The notes under the pieces were generated by a model, which worked only from the letters and a program-made list of their open reading frames with translations, did no database searches and was not told the origin of the DNA. Of a stretch of 64,000 bases of DNA, positions 43,836-54,855 are shown one piece after another; the stretch's first letter is position 1, and each line of letters opens with the position of its first letter. Source of the DNA: Escherichia phage EPIMRB01; the sequence record PQ657784. One strand, written 5' to 3'. The translations under genes were made by a program, and so were the position numbers.

Positions 43836-44753
43836 TCAAAATTCATTAATGCTATTAGTTAATTTAGAAAGACCCGCTTTTACAAAATATGAATAAATTT
43901 TGCCACGCGGTGGTAATTTATATGAATTATAGTAATTCACAATGTTTGAAGCAATATTATCAGGAATATAATCAAAATCAATTAGAACTAAATTTTCTTT
44001 ATAACGATTATATTCAGATTCTGTGAGAAGCACCTTAGCTTGCTCACGGTCATTAGCAATGGCTTCAACGATTGAAGTTTTCATTGAAGGAGTTCGTTCA
44101 CCTTCAACTTTGGTAAACCAAAAGTCAGATCGCACTTTAACTGAAGCAACGTTATCCTTTTTGTCGCCTTTAAGGATTTTAGTCATACAGTCAATTTCAG
44201 CAGAACCGCTTTTAATTTTAACCCATTTCTTGTGCATCGGTGACCATTGCTTAACATTTGGGTATTTGTGAAGTTGAGTAAAGTCACCATCCGATGAAAT
44301 GATTAAAATCTTATGCCCTTCTAAAGAGAACTTTTTAACAAGAACAGCAATATGGTCATCTGCTTCATACTTATCAATATCCATAACGATGTATGGCATA
44401 TAAGCTTTCAATTCATCTATAACTTTATGACTGGATTCAAAATAACCTTCCCAGTCCCAAGTAGATTCTTCTCGTGCTTTTCCACGGTTTTTCTTATAAT
44501 AATAAGCGAAATCACGACGCCAGTATCCAGATTTCGCATTATCAATACACAGTACAATTTTAGTGTATCCAAGAGCTTTTGCTTTTTTGACATTAAACTT
44601 AATTGAGTTCAATATCAAATGACGAACCATTGATAAATTAATTTTTTCTTTATCTGGGAAGTTTACTAGAGCAGTCGAAAGTGCAATTTGACTAAAGTCA
44701 ATTAAGCAGATTCCTTCTTTGTAATCTTCATCCAGCATCATTTCTAAATCCAT
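43836..44753 (-). CDS. rnh: RNase H (5'-3' exonuclease / flap endonuclease)
   Basis: 305 aa from ATG preceded by GAGG (MDLEMMLDEDYKEG...); ORF-track start is a TTG extension. Confidence 0.93.
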   Translation of the reverse strand: MDLEMMLDEDYKEGICLIDFSQIALSTALVNFPDKEKINLSMVRHLILNSIKFNVKKAKALGYTKIVLCIDNAKSGYWRRDFAYYYKKNRGKAREESTWDWEGYFESSHKVIDELKAYMPYIVMDIDKYEADDHIAVLVKKFSLEGHKILIISSDGDFTQLHKYPNVKQWSPMHKKWVKIKSGSAEIDCMTKILKGDKKDNVASVKVRSDFWFTKVEGERTPSMKTSIVEAIANDREQAKVLLTESEYNRYKENLVLIDFDYIPDNIASNIVNYYNSYKLPPRGKIYSYFVKAGLSKLTNSINEF

Positions 44754-44815
44754 ATGAACCTCGTTCAATTAGTGAGATTTCTATTATATACTATCCAAAT
44801 CTTAAAGTAAACAAG

Positions 44816-44823
44816 TATAAATA
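44816..44823 (+). promoter_or_regulatory. Late promoter TATAAATA for gene 34
   Basis: Exact box about 35 nt upstream of gene 34 ATG. Confidence 0.6.
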
Positions 44824-44857
44824 CTTATTATTGAAAACACAATAGGAGCCCGGGAGA

Positions 44858-47800
44858 ATGGCCGAGATTAAAAGAAAGTTCAGAGCAGAAGATGGTCTGG
44901 ACGCAGGTGGCGATAAAATAATCAACGTAGCTTTAGCTGATCGTGCCGTAGGAACTGACGGTGTTAACGTTGATTACCTAATTCAAGAAAACACAGTTCA
45001 ACAATATGATCCAACTCGTGGATATTTAAAAGATTTTGTAATCATTTATGATAACCGCTTTTGGGCTGCTATAAATGATATTCCAAAACCAGCAGGAGCT
45101 TTTAATAGTGTACGCTGGAGAGCATTACGTACTGATGCTAATTGGACAACTGTTTCATCAGGACCTTATCAATTAAAGTCAGGCGAATCAATTTCAGTTG
45201 ATACTGCAGCTGGTAATGACATTACATTTACTTTGCCATCTTCTCCAATTGATGGAGATACTATCGTTCTTCAAGATATTGGTGGAAAACCTGGTGTTAA
45301 CCAAGTTTTAATTGTAGCTCCAGTGCAAAGTATTGTAAACTTCAGAGGCGAACAAGTACGTTCAGTACTAATGACTCATCCAAAATCGCAGATAGTTTTA
45401 ATTTTTAGTAATCGTCTGTGGCAAATGTATGTTGCTGATTATAGCAGAGAAGCTGTAGTCGTAACACCGGCAAGTCTTTATCAGGCGCAATCTAACGATT
45501 TTATCGTGCGCAGATTTACTTCAGCCGCGGCGATTAATATTAAACTTCCGAGATTTGCTAATCATGGCGATATTATTAATTTCGTCGATTTAGACAAATT
45601 AAATCCACTTTATCATACAATTGTTACTACATACGATGAAACAACTTCAGTGCAAGAAGTTGGAACTCATTCCATTGAAGGCCGTACATCGATTGATGGT
45701 TTCTTGATGTATGATGATAATGAAAAATTGTGGAGATTGTTTGACGGGGATAGTAAAGCACGTTTACGTATTATAACAACTAATTCTAGTATTCGTCCAA
45801 ATGAAGAAGTTATGGTATTTGGAGCGAATAACGGAACAACCCAAACAATTGAACTTCAGCTTCCGACCGATATTTCCATTGGCGATACTGTTAAAATTTC
45901 CATGAATTACATGAGAAAAGGCCAAACAGTTAAAATCAAAGCTGCCGGTGAAGATAAAATTGCTTCTTCAGTTCAATTGCTGCAATTCCCAAAACGTTCA
46001 GAATATCCGCCTGAAGCTGAATGGGTGACTGTTCAAGAATTAGTTTTTAATGGTGAAACTAATTATGTTCCAGTTTTACAACTTGCTTATATAGAAGATT
46101 CTGACGGAAAATACTGGGTTGTACAGCAAAACGTGCCAACAGTTGAAAGAGTTGATTCTTTAAATGATTCTACTAGAGCAAGATTAGGCGTAATTGCTTT
46201 AGCTACACAAGCTCAAGCTAACGTCGATTTAGAAAATTCTCCACAAAAAGAATTAGCAATTACTCCAGAAACATTAGCTAACCGTACTGCTACAGAAACT
46301 CGTAGAGGTATCGCAAGAATAGCAACTACCGCCCAAGTGAATCAGGATACTACATTCTCTTTTGCTGATGATATTATCATCACTCCTAAAAAGTTGAATG
46401 AAAGAACTGCTACAGAAACTCGTAGAGGTGTTGCTGAAATTGCTACGCAACAAGAAACTAATACAGGTACTGATGATACTACAATCATCACTCCTAAAAA
46501 GCTTCAAGCTCGACAAGGTTCTGAGTCATTATCTGGTATTGTAACCTTTGTATCTACTGCAGGAGCTACTCCAGCTTCTAGTCGTGAATTAAATGGTACA
46601 AACGTTTATAATAAAAACACTAATAATTTAGTTGTTTCGCCTAAAGCTTTGGATCAGTATAAAGCTACTCCAACGCAACAAGGTGCAGTAATTCTAGCAG
46701 TCGAAAGTGAAGTAATTGCTGGACAAAGCCAAGAAGGATGGGCAAATGCGGTTGTAACGCCAGAAACGTTACATAAAAAGACATCAACTGATGGAAGAAT
46801 TGGTTTAATTGAAATTGCTACGCAAAGTGAAGTTAATACAGGAACTGATTATACACGTGCAGTCACTCCTAAAACTTTAAATGACCGTAGAGCAACTGAA
46901 AGTTTAAGTGGTATAGCTGAAATTGCTACACAAGTTGAATTCGACGCAGGCGTCGACGATACTCGTATCTCTACACCATTAAAAATTAAAACTAGATTTA
47001 ATAGTACTGATCGTACTTCTGTTGTTGCTCTATCTGGATTAGTTGAATCAGGAACTCTCTGGGACCATTATACCCTTAATATTCTTGAAGCAAATGAGAC
47101 ACAGCGTGGTACACTTCGTGTAGCTACACAGGTCGAAGCTGCTGCAGGAACATTAGATAATGTTTTAATAACTCCTAAAAAGCTTTTAGGTACTAAATCT
47201 ACTGAAGCGCAAGAAGGTGTTATTAAAGTTGCAACTCAGTCTGAAACTGTGACTGGAACGTCGGCAAATACTGCTGTATCTCCAAAAAATTTAAAATGGA
47301 TTGTGCAGAGTGAACCTACTTGGGCAGCTACTACTGCGATAAGGGGCTTTGTTAAAACTTCATCTGGTTCAATTACATTCGTTGGTAATGATACAGTAGG
47401 TTCTACCCAAGATTTAGAACTGTATGAGAAAAATAGTTATGCAGTATCACCATATGAATTAAATCGTGTATTAGCAAATTATCTGCCGTTAAAAGCAAAA
47501 GCTGTAGATAGTAATTTATTGGATGGTCTAGATTCATCTCAGTTCATTCGTAGGGATATTGCACAGACGGTTAATGGTTCACTAACCTTAACCCAACAAA
47601 CGAATCTGAGTGCCCCTCTTGTATCATCTAGTACTGCTACGTTCGGTGGTTCAGTTACAGCAAATAGTGTACTAACTATTTCTAATACTGGAACAGAAAC
47701 TCATCTGATTTTTGAGAAAGGACCTCAAACTGGAACTAACCAAGCACAGACGGTGACTATTAGAGTGTGGGGTAATCAATTTAGTGGGGAATCAAACACA

Positions 47801-48727
47801 ACACGTTCTACCGTATTTGAAGTTAGTGATGAAACATCTTATCACTTTTATTCTCAACGCGATAAAGATGGTAATATAGCATTTAGCATTAATGGTACTG
47901 TAATGCCAATAAATGTGAATGCTTTAGGAACATTGAATGCAAATGGTGTAGCAACATTTGGTAATTCAGTCACTGCAAGTGGTGAAATTATTTCTCGAAG
48001 CGCAAATGCTTTCCGTGCTATTAACGGAAATTATGGTTTTATTGTTCGCAATGACGGGTCAGTAACGAATTTTATGCTTACTGCATCGGGCGATCAGACT
48101 GGTGGATTTAATGGATTACGTCCATTAACTATTAATAATGCATCTGGTCAAGTAACGATTGGTGAAAGCTTAATCATTGCCAAAGGTGCTACTATAAATT
48201 CAGGCGGTTTGACTGTTAACTCGAGAATTCGTTCTCAGGGTACTAAAACATCTGATTTATATACCCGCGCACCAACATCTGATACTGTAGGATTCTGGTC
48301 AATCGATATTAACGATTCAGCCACTTATAACCAGTTCCCGGGTTATTTTAAAATGGTTGAAAAAACTAATGAAGTGACTGGACTTCCATACTTAGAACGT
48401 GGCGAAGAAGTTAAATCTCCTGGTACACTGACTCAGTTTGGTAACACACTTGATTCGCTTTACCAAGATTGGATTACTTATCCAATAACACCAGAAGCGC
48501 GTACCACTCGTTGGACGCGTACATGGCAGAAAACCAAAAACTCTTGGTCAAGCTTTGTTCAGGTATTTGATGGAGGTAACCCTCCTCAGCCATCTGATAT
48601 CGGTGCTTTACCATCTGATAATGCTATAATGGGGAATCTTACTATTCGTGATTTCTTACGAATTGGTAATGTTCGCATTATTCCTGACCCAGTGAATAAA
48701 ACGGTTAAATTTGAATGGGTTGAATAA
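44858..48727 (+). CDS. 34: Long tail fibre proximal subunit gp34
   Basis: 1289 aa as in T4 gp34; repetitive beta-rich sequence. Confidence 0.95.
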   Translation: MAEIKRKFRAEDGLDAGGDKIINVALADRAVGTDGVNVDYLIQENTVQQYDPTRGYLKDFVIIYDNRFWAAINDIPKPAGAFNSVRWRALRTDANWTTVSSGPYQLKSGESISVDTAAGNDITFTLPSSPIDGDTIVLQDIGGKPGVNQVLIVAPVQSIVNFRGEQVRSVLMTHPKSQIVLIFSNRLWQMYVADYSREAVVVTPASLYQAQSNDFIVRRFTSAAAINIKLPRFANHGDIINFVDLDKLNPLYHTIVTTYDETTSVQEVGTHSIEGRTSIDGFLMYDDNEKLWRLFDGDSKARLRIITTNSSIRPNEEVMVFGANNGTTQTIELQLPTDISIGDTVKISMNYMRKGQTVKIKAAGEDKIASSVQLLQFPKRSEYPPEAEWVTVQELVFNGETNYVPVLQLAYIEDSDGKYWVVQQNVPTVERVDSLNDSTRARLGVIALATQAQANVDLENSPQKELAITPETLANRTATETRRGIARIATTAQVNQDTTFSFADDIIITPKKLNERTATETRRGVAEIATQQETNTGTDDTTIITPKKLQARQGSESLSGIVTFVSTAGATPASSRELNGTNVYNKNTNNLVVSPKALDQYKATPTQQGAVILAVESEVIAGQSQEGWANAVVTPETLHKKTSTDGRIGLIEIATQSEVNTGTDYTRAVTPKTLNDRRATESLSGIAEIATQVEFDAGVDDTRISTPLKIKTRFNSTDRTSVVALSGLVESGTLWDHYTLNILEANETQRGTLRVATQVEAAAGTLDNVLITPKKLLGTKSTEAQEGVIKVATQSETVTGTSANTAVSPKNLKWIVQSEPTWAATTAIRGFVKTSSGSITFVGNDTVGSTQDLELYEKNSYAVSPYELNRVLANYLPLKAKAVDSNLLDGLDSSQFIRRDIAQTVNGSLTLTQQTNLSAPLVSSSTATFGGSVTANSVLTISNTGTETHLIFEKGPQTGTNQAQTVTIRVWGNQFSGESNTTRSTVFEVSDETSYHFYSQRDKDGNIAFSINGTVMPINVNALGTLNANGVATFGNSVTASGEIISRSANAFRAINGNYGFIVRNDGSVTNFMLTASGDQTGGFNGLRPLTINNASGQVTIGESLIIAKGATINSGGLTVNSRIRSQGTKTSDLYTRAPTSDTVGFWSIDINDSATYNQFPGYFKMVEKTNEVTGLPYLERGEEVKSPGTLTQFGNTLDSLYQDWITYPITPEARTTRWTRTWQKTKNSWSSFVQVFDGGNPPQPSDIGALPSDNAIMGNLTIRDFLRIGNVRIIPDPVNKTVKFEWVE

Positions 48728-48735
48728 GAGGTATT

Positions 48736-49851
48736 ATGGAAAAATTTATGGCAGAGTTTGGACAAGGATACGTCCAAACGCCATTTTTATCGGAAAGTAA
48801 TTCAGTAAGATACAAAATAAGTATAGCGGGTTCTTGCCCGCTTTCTACCGCAGGACCATATGTTAAATTTCAGGATAATCCTGTAGGAAGTCAAACATTT
48901 AGCGCAGGTCTTCATTTAAGAGTTTTTGATCCTTCTACAGGATCATTAGTTGATAGTAAGTCATATGCTTTTTCTACTTCAAATGATACTACATCAGCTG
49001 CTTTTGTTAGTTTCATGAATTCTTTGACGAATAATAGAATTGTTGCTATATTAACTAGTGGAAAGGTTAATTTTCCTCCTGAAGTAGTATCTTGGTTAAG
49101 AACCGCCGGAACGTCTGCTTTTCCATCTGACTCTATATTGTCAAGATTCGACGTATCATATGCTGCTTTTTATACTTCTTCTAAAAGAGCTATTGCATTA
49201 GAGCATGTTAAATTAAGTAATAGAAAAAGCACAGATGATTATCAAACTATTTTAGATGTTGTATTTGACAGTTTAGAAGACGTCGGAGCTACCGGGTTTC
49301 CAAGAAGAACATATGAAAGCGTTGAGCAATTTATGTCAGCGGTTGGTGGAACCAATAACGAAATTGCGCGTCTACCAACTTCAGCTGCTATAAGTAAACT
49401 TTCTGACTACAATTTAATTCCTGGCGATGTTCTTTATCTTAAAGCACAACTATATGCTGATGACGATTTACTTTCTCTTGGAACTACTAATATATCCATT
49501 AGATTTTATAATGAATCGGATGGATATATTTCTTCAACATACGCTGAGTTTACCGGTCAAGCTGGGTCATGGGAATTAAAGGAAGACTATGTAGTTGTTC
49601 CTGAAAATGCGGTAGGATTTACGATATATGCACAAAGAACTGCCCAAGCAGGTCAAGGCGGCATGAGAAATTTAAGCTTTTCTGAAGTATCAAGAAATGG
49701 CGGCATTTCAAAACCTGCTGAATTTGGCGTCAACGGTATTCGCGTTAATTATGTCTGTGAATCCGCTTCACCTCCAGATATAATGGTACTTCCTACACAA
49801 GCATCGTCTAAAACTGGTAAAGTGTTTGGACAAGAATTTAGAGAAGTATAA
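48736..49851 (+). CDS. 35: Long tail fibre hinge connector gp35
   Basis: 371 aa; SD AAGAGG; synteny 34-35-36. Confidence 0.9.
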   Translation: MEKFMAEFGQGYVQTPFLSESNSVRYKISIAGSCPLSTAGPYVKFQDNPVGSQTFSAGLHLRVFDPSTGSLVDSKSYAFSTSNDTTSAAFVSFMNSLTNNRIVAILTSGKVNFPPEVVSWLRTAGTSAFPSDSILSRFDVSYAAFYTSSKRAIALEHVKLSNRKSTDDYQTILDVVFDSLEDVGATGFPRRTYESVEQFMSAVGGTNNEIARLPTSAAISKLSDYNLIPGDVLYLKAQLYADDDLLSLGTTNISIRFYNESDGYISSTYAEFTGQAGSWELKEDYVVVPENAVGFTIYAQRTAQAGQGGMRNLSFSEVSRNGGISKPAEFGVNGIRVNYVCESASPPDIMVLPTQASSKTGKVFGQEFREV

Positions 49852-49852
49852 A

Positions 49853-49880
49853 TTGAGGGAGCCTTCGGGTTCCCTTTTTC
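49853..49880 (+). terminator. Stem-loop terminator after gene 35
   Basis: GGGAGCC-TTCG-GGTTCCC then T-run. Confidence 0.6.
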
Positions 49881-49882
49881 TT

Positions 49883-49890
49883 TATAAATA
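49883..49890 (+). promoter_or_regulatory. Late promoter TATAAATA for gene 36
   Basis: Exact box about 24 nt upstream of gene 36 ATG. Confidence 0.6.
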
Positions 49891-49913
49891 CTATTAAAAT
49901 AAAGGGGCATACA

Positions 49914-50697
49914 ATGGCTGATTTAAAAGTAGGTTCAACAACCGGAGGCTCTGTCATTTGGCATCAAGGAAATTTTCCATTGAATCCAGCCGGTGACGAT
50001 GTACTCTATAAATCATTTAAAATATATTCAGAATATAATAAACCGCAAGCTGCTGATAACGATTTCGTTTCTAAAGCTAATGGTGGTACTTATTTAAATA
50101 AAGTAATTTTTAATAAAGGAATGACTGTTCCTGGCGCAGGGTCAGGTGATAATGGTATTTTTGCTGGTCCTGGTGATAGTGCCACGTATGATACTACAAA
50201 TATGGATATTGTTTCGTGGTATGGTATTGGTTTTAAATCATCACAAGGAACAGCAGGTAGAACTGTAGTAATTAACACGCGAAATGGAGATATTAGCTCA
50301 AAGGGCGTAATTGAAGCATCACAAATCCGTGTAACTTCGTTATCACCAGTAAATAATTATGACCTTACGCGGAAAGATTATGTTGATGGAGCAATAAATA
50401 TTGTTACCGCAAACGCAAACTCTAGCAAAGGGCGTAATTGAAGCATCACAAATCCGTGTAACTTCGTTATCACCAGTAAATAATTATGACCTTACGCGGA
50501 AAGATTATGTTGATGGAGCAATAAATATTGTTACCGCAAACGCAAACTCTAGGGTATTACGCTCTGGAGACACTATGACAGGAAATTTAACTGCGCCAAA
50601 CCTTTTTTCACAGAATCCTGCATCTCAACCTTCACATGTTCCACGATTTGATCAAATTGTTATTAAGGATTCTGTTCAAGATTTCGGCTATTATTAA
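49914..50697 (+). pseudogene. 36: Long tail fibre protein gp36, reading frame broken by an internal 127-bp tandem duplication
   Basis: Frame 1 (49914-50441) ends ...TANANSSKGRN*; the C-terminal 48 codons (RVLRSGDTMTGNL...QDFGYY) continue in another frame to 50697; removing one repeat copy gives a single ORF of about 218 codons. Confidence 0.8.
50299..50552 (+). repeat. Perfect direct tandem duplication, 2 x 127 bp
   Basis: 50299-50425 and 50426-50552 are identical base for base (caaagggcgtaattgaag...caaactctag). Confidence 0.9.
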
Positions 50698-50705
50698 GAG
50701 GACTT

Positions 50706-53700
50706 ATGGCTACTTTAAAACAAATACAATTTAAAAGAAGCAAAACTGCAGGAGCACGTCCTGCCGCTTCAGTATTAGCCGAAGGTGAATTGGCTATAAA
50801 CTTAAAAGACCGTGTACTTTTTACTAAAGATGACCAAGGAAATATTATTGATCTGGGTTTTGCTAAAGGCGGTAGTATTGACGGGAATGTTATTCATACA
50901 GGCAATTATAACCAAACTGGCGATTATACTTTAAATGGCACCTTCACTCAGACTGGTAATTTTAATTTAACTGGTATTGCTCGAGTAACTCGCGATATTA
51001 TTGCCGCTGGGCAGATTATGACTGAAGGCGGAGAACTTATTACAAAAAGTTCAGGTACAGTGCATGTTCGTTTTTTCGATAACAATAGTCGCGAACGCGG
51101 AATCATTTATGCCCCGGCTAATGATGGTTTAACTACACAAGTACTTAATATCAGGGTTCAAGACTACGCCGCTGGTAGCGAAAGCACTTATGCATTTTCA
51201 GGCAGTGGACTATTTACTTCACCTGAAGTATCAGCATGGAAATCTATTTCGTCTCCACAAATTCTAACCAACAAAGTCATTACTAATAATAAATCTACTG
51301 GTGATTATGACATCTATTCGATGGCAGACAATGTTCCATTGTCTGAAAGCACTACTGCTATTAATCATCTTCGTGTCATGCGTAATGCCGTTGGTTCTGG
51401 TATTTTCCATGAAGTTAAAGATAATGATGGAATAACTTGGTATGCAGGTGATGGACTTGACACCTATCTTTGGTCATTTACTTGGAGCGGCGGAATTAAA
51501 TCGAGTCACTCAATTTCTATTGGTTTAACACCTGGTAATAAAGATTATTCAATATTAGGACCATCTAGTATTGCTTTAGGAGATAATGATACTGGATTTA
51601 AATGGCATCAAGATGGATATTATTTTAGCGTTAATAATGGAACAAAAACGTTTTTATTTAGTCCTAGCGAAACAACTAGCCTAAGAAAATTTGTAGCTGG
51701 ATATTCTACTAACGGAACCGATTTAACTACTCCTCCAACTGAAAACTATGCTCTCGCTACTGTCGTGACATATCACGATAATAACGCGTTTGGAGATGGT
51801 CAGACTCTTTTAGGATATTATCAAGGCGGTAATTATCATCACTATTTCCGCGGTAAAGGTACTACAAACATTAATACTCATGGCGGTTTGTTAGTTACTC
51901 CAGGTAATATTGATGTTATTGGCGGTTCTGTTAATATAGATGGTAGAAATAATTCTTCTACACTAATGTTTAGAGGCAACACAACAGGATACAGCTCGGT
52001 TGATAATATGGATATTAAAGTTTGGGGTAATACGTTTGTTGATCCAAGCGGAGGTATCCGTAAAAACATTATGGAAATTTCTGATGCAACTAGCTGGATG
52101 AGCTATATTCAAAGACTTACTACTGGCGAAGTAGAAATGAACGTTAATGGTTCATTTGAATCATCTGGTGTTACTGCTGGAGATAGAGGAGTTCACACAA
52201 CAGGTGAAATTTCATCTGGGGCTGTGAATGCGCTTCGTATTTGGAACGCAGATTATGGAGCTATTTTTAGACGTTCAGAAGGCAGTCTTCATATTATTCC
52301 AACTGCTTACGGTGAAGGTAAACATGGTGATATCGGTCCACTTCGCCCGTTTAGTATGGCTTTAGATACCGGTAAAGTTACTATTCCAGATTTACAATCA
52401 AGTTACAATACGTTTGCTGCTAACGGTTATATTAAATTTGTTGGTCATGGAGCGGGTGCCGGCGGTTATGACATTCAATATGCTCAAGCGGCTCCTATTT
52501 TCCAGGAAATTGATGATGATGCTGTAAGCAAATATTATCCTATTGTTAAACAGAAGTTTTTAAATGGTAAAGCTGTTTGGTCTTTAGGTACTGAAATTAG
52601 TTCAGGTACATTCGTTATTCATCATCTGAAAGAAGATGGTTCACAAGGCCATACGTCTCGTTTTAATCAAGACGGTACTGTTAACTTCCCAGATAACGTT
52701 TCTGTCGGCGGCGGTGAAGCTACTATTGCTCGCAATGGTAATATCTGGTCTGATATCTGGAAAACGTTTACTTCAGCAGGCGACGTAACTAATATTCGCG
52801 ATGCAATAGCTACTCGTGTTGCTAAAGAAGGTGATACGATGACCGGTAGGTTGACTTTATCTGCTGGAAATGATGCCCTTGTTTTAACTGCAGGCACGGG
52901 CGCTTCATCGCACATCCGTAGTGATGTAGGTGGTACAAATAATTGGTTTATAGGCAAAGGCGGCGGCGACAATGGTCTAAGTTTTTACAGTTACATTACA
53001 CAAGGCGGTGTGAACATAACAAATAACGGCGAAATAGCGCTTTCTCCTCAAGGACAAGGAGCGTTTAATTTTAATAGAGACCGCCTTCATATAAACGGTA
53101 CACAATGGACCGCACACCAGGCTGGCGATTGGGGAAATCAATGGCGCCAGGAAGCTCCTGTATTTGTGGATTTTGGTAATGTCGGTAATGATAGTTATTA
53201 TCCTATTATTAAAGGAAAATCTGGTATTACTAATGAAGGGTATATATCTGGTGTAGATTTTGGTATGCGACGCATTCCTAATAACTGGGCACAAGGTATT
53301 ATTCGTGTAGGTAATCAGGAAAACGGTTCCGACCCACAAGCTATCTTCGAATTCCACCATAATGGAAACATGTACGTTCCTGACATGGTTAAAGCTGGAG
53401 TAAGAATATCAGCTGGTGGAGGTGACCCTGCATGGACAGACGCATGTGTTGTTATTGGTGATAATGACACCGGATTAGTTCATGGTGGTGACGGCCGAAT
53501 CAATATGGTTGCCAATGGTATACATATTGCTTCATGGTCGTCCGCTTACCATCTCCATGAAGGTCTTTGGGATACTACTGGTGCTTTGTGGACTGAGCAA
53601 GGAAGAGCTATTATTTCTTTTGGTCATTTAATCCAACAGAGTGATGCCTATTCTACGTTTGTCCGTGATGTTTATGTCCGCTCTGATATTCGTGTTAAAA

Positions 53701-54017
53701 AAGACCTCGTTAAATTTGAAAATGCTTCTGAAAAGCTTTCTAAAATTAACGGTTACACTTATATGCAGAAACGTGGAACTGACGAAGAAGGTAATCAGAA
53801 ATGGGAACCTAACGCCGGTTTAATTGCTCAAGAAGTTCAAGCTATTTTACCAGAATTAGTTGAAGGCGACCCGGATGGTGAAGCTTTACTTCGTTTGAAC
53901 TATAACGGTGTAATTGGTTTAAATACAGCTGCAATCAATGAGCATACTGCAGAAATTGCGGAACTTAAATCAGAAATTGAAGAACTTAAAGCATTAGTTA
54001 AATCATTGTTAAAATAA
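50706..54017 (+). CDS. 37: Long tail fibre distal subunit gp37 with C-terminal intramolecular-chaperone-like domain
   Basis: 1103 aa; last ~111 aa (SDIRVKKD...[14 protein letters not shown]...coiled coil) resemble the autoproteolytic chaperone domain of phage fibres/tailspikes. Confidence 0.9.
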   Translation: MATLKQIQFKRSKTAGARPAASVLAEGELAINLKDRVLFTKDDQGNIIDLGFAKGGSIDGNVIHTGNYNQTGDYTLNGTFTQTGNFNLTGIARVTRDIIAAGQIMTEGGELITKSSGTVHVRFFDNNSRERGIIYAPANDGLTTQVLNIRVQDYAAGSESTYAFSGSGLFTSPEVSAWKSISSPQILTNKVITNNKSTGDYDIYSMADNVPLSESTTAINHLRVMRNAVGSGIFHEVKDNDGITWYAGDGLDTYLWSFTWSGGIKSSHSISIGLTPGNKDYSILGPSSIALGDNDTGFKWHQDGYYFSVNNGTKTFLFSPSETTSLRKFVAGYSTNGTDLTTPPTENYALATVVTYHDNNAFGDGQTLLGYYQGGNYHHYFRGKGTTNINTHGGLLVTPGNIDVIGGSVNIDGRNNSSTLMFRGNTTGYSSVDNMDIKVWGNTFVDPSGGIRKNIMEISDATSWMSYIQRLTTGEVEMNVNGSFESSGVTAGDRGVHTTGEISSGAVNALRIWNADYGAIFRRSEGSLHIIPTAYGEGKHGDIGPLRPFSMALDTGKVTIPDLQSSYNTFAANGYIKFVGHGAGAGGYDIQYAQAAPIFQEIDDDAVSKYYPIVKQKFLNGKAVWSLGTEISSGTFVIHHLKEDGSQGHTSRFNQDGTVNFPDNVSVGGGEATIARNGNIWSDIWKTFTSAGDVTNIRDAIATRVAKEGDTMTGRLTLSAGNDALVLTAGTGASSHIRSDVGGTNNWFIGKGGGDNGLSFYSYITQGGVNITNNGEIALSPQGQGAFNFNRDRLHINGTQWTAHQAGDWGNQWRQEAPVFVDFGNVGNDSYYPIIKGKSGITNEGYISGVDFGMRRIPNNWAQGIIRVGNQENGSDPQAIFEFHHNGNMYVPDMVKAGVRISAGGGDPAWTDACVVIGDNDTGLVHGGDGRINMVANGIHIASWSSAYHLHEGLWDTTGALWTEQGRAIISFGHLIQQSDAYSTFVRDVYVRSDIRVKKDLVKFENASEKLSKINGYTYMQKRGTDEEGNQKWEPNAGLIAQEVQAILPELVEGDPDGEALLRLNYNGVIGLNTAAINEHTAEIAELKSEIEELKALVKSLLK

Positions 54018-54018
54018 T

Positions 54019-54036
54019 AAGAGGGGCTTCGGCCCC
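54019..54036 (+). terminator. Stem-loop between genes 37 and 38
   Basis: GGGGC-TTCG-GCCCC. Confidence 0.45.
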
Positions 54037-54048
54037 TTGGAGGTTTAT

Positions 54049-54825
54049 ATGGCAGTAACAGGACCGTGGGTAGGATCGTCTGCAGTAGTTAATACAGGAC
54101 AAAATTGGATGGGTGGTGCCGCGCAGAGATTGAGAATGGGAATTCCGTTTTGGATGAGTAATATGATAGGTCGATCTGTTGAAATAATTCACACGCTTGG
54201 AGCAGACCATAACTTCAATGGTCAATGGTTCCGAGATAGATGTTTTGAGGCAGGTAGTGCACCTATAGTGTTTAATATCACTGGAGATTTAGTATCATAT
54301 TCTAAAGATGTTCCTTTATTCTTCATGTATGGAGATACACCCAATGAATATGTTCAGTTGAATATACACGGCGTAACGATGTATGGTCGTGGCGGTAATG
54401 GCGGTAGCAATAGTCCTGGCTCAGCTGGAGGTCATTGTATTCAAAACGATATTGGTGGGAGACTAAGAATTAATAATGGTGGAGCTATTGCAGGCGGCGG
54501 TGGCGGCGGTGGCGGCGGATATTATTCTCCTTTTTCACAAATGAGATTGACCTTTGGCGGCGGCGGTGGGCGTCCGTTTGGTGCACCTGGCGGATCTATT
54601 GATATGCAATCAGGAGCGACTGGCGGTACTATTTCTGCACCTGGCTCAGGATCCGTGAATGGTATCTATAATGGTGGAAACGGTGGTGAAGTAGGTTCCG
54701 CGGGAGGTAGATGCAATATTCGCGGTCAAGGATCTGAATATAATGGCGGCGATGCTGGTTATGCCGTCATAGGGTCCGCTCCAACGTGGATAAATGTTGG
54801 AGCAATATATGGTCCAAGAGTATAA
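54049..54825 (+). CDS. 38: Tail fibre tip adhesin gp38 (T2-type, glycine-rich motifs)
   Basis: 258 aa from ATG with SD GGAGG (ORF-track start is a TTG extension); several poly-Gly motifs (GGGGGGGGG, GGGGG) separated by variable segments. Confidence 0.85.
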   Translation: MAVTGPWVGSSAVVNTGQNWMGGAAQRLRMGIPFWMSNMIGRSVEIIHTLGADHNFNGQWFRDRCFEAGSAPIVFNITGDLVSYSKDVPLFFMYGDTPNEYVQLNIHGVTMYGRGGNGGSNSPGSAGGHCIQNDIGGRLRINNGGAIAGGGGGGGGGYYSPFSQMRLTFGGGGGRPFGAPGGSIDMQSGATGGTISAPGSGSVNGIYNGGNGGEVGSAGGRCNIRGQGSEYNGGDAGYAVIGSAPTWINVGAIYGPRV

Positions 54826-54855
54826 TTTGAATAAATATCCTTAAAAGGAGGGTCT

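Noticed and set aside
50401-50697. 98-aa ORF as an independent gene
   Set aside because: It is the frameshifted C-terminal part of gene 36 created by the tandem duplication; the apparent start is TTG without SD.
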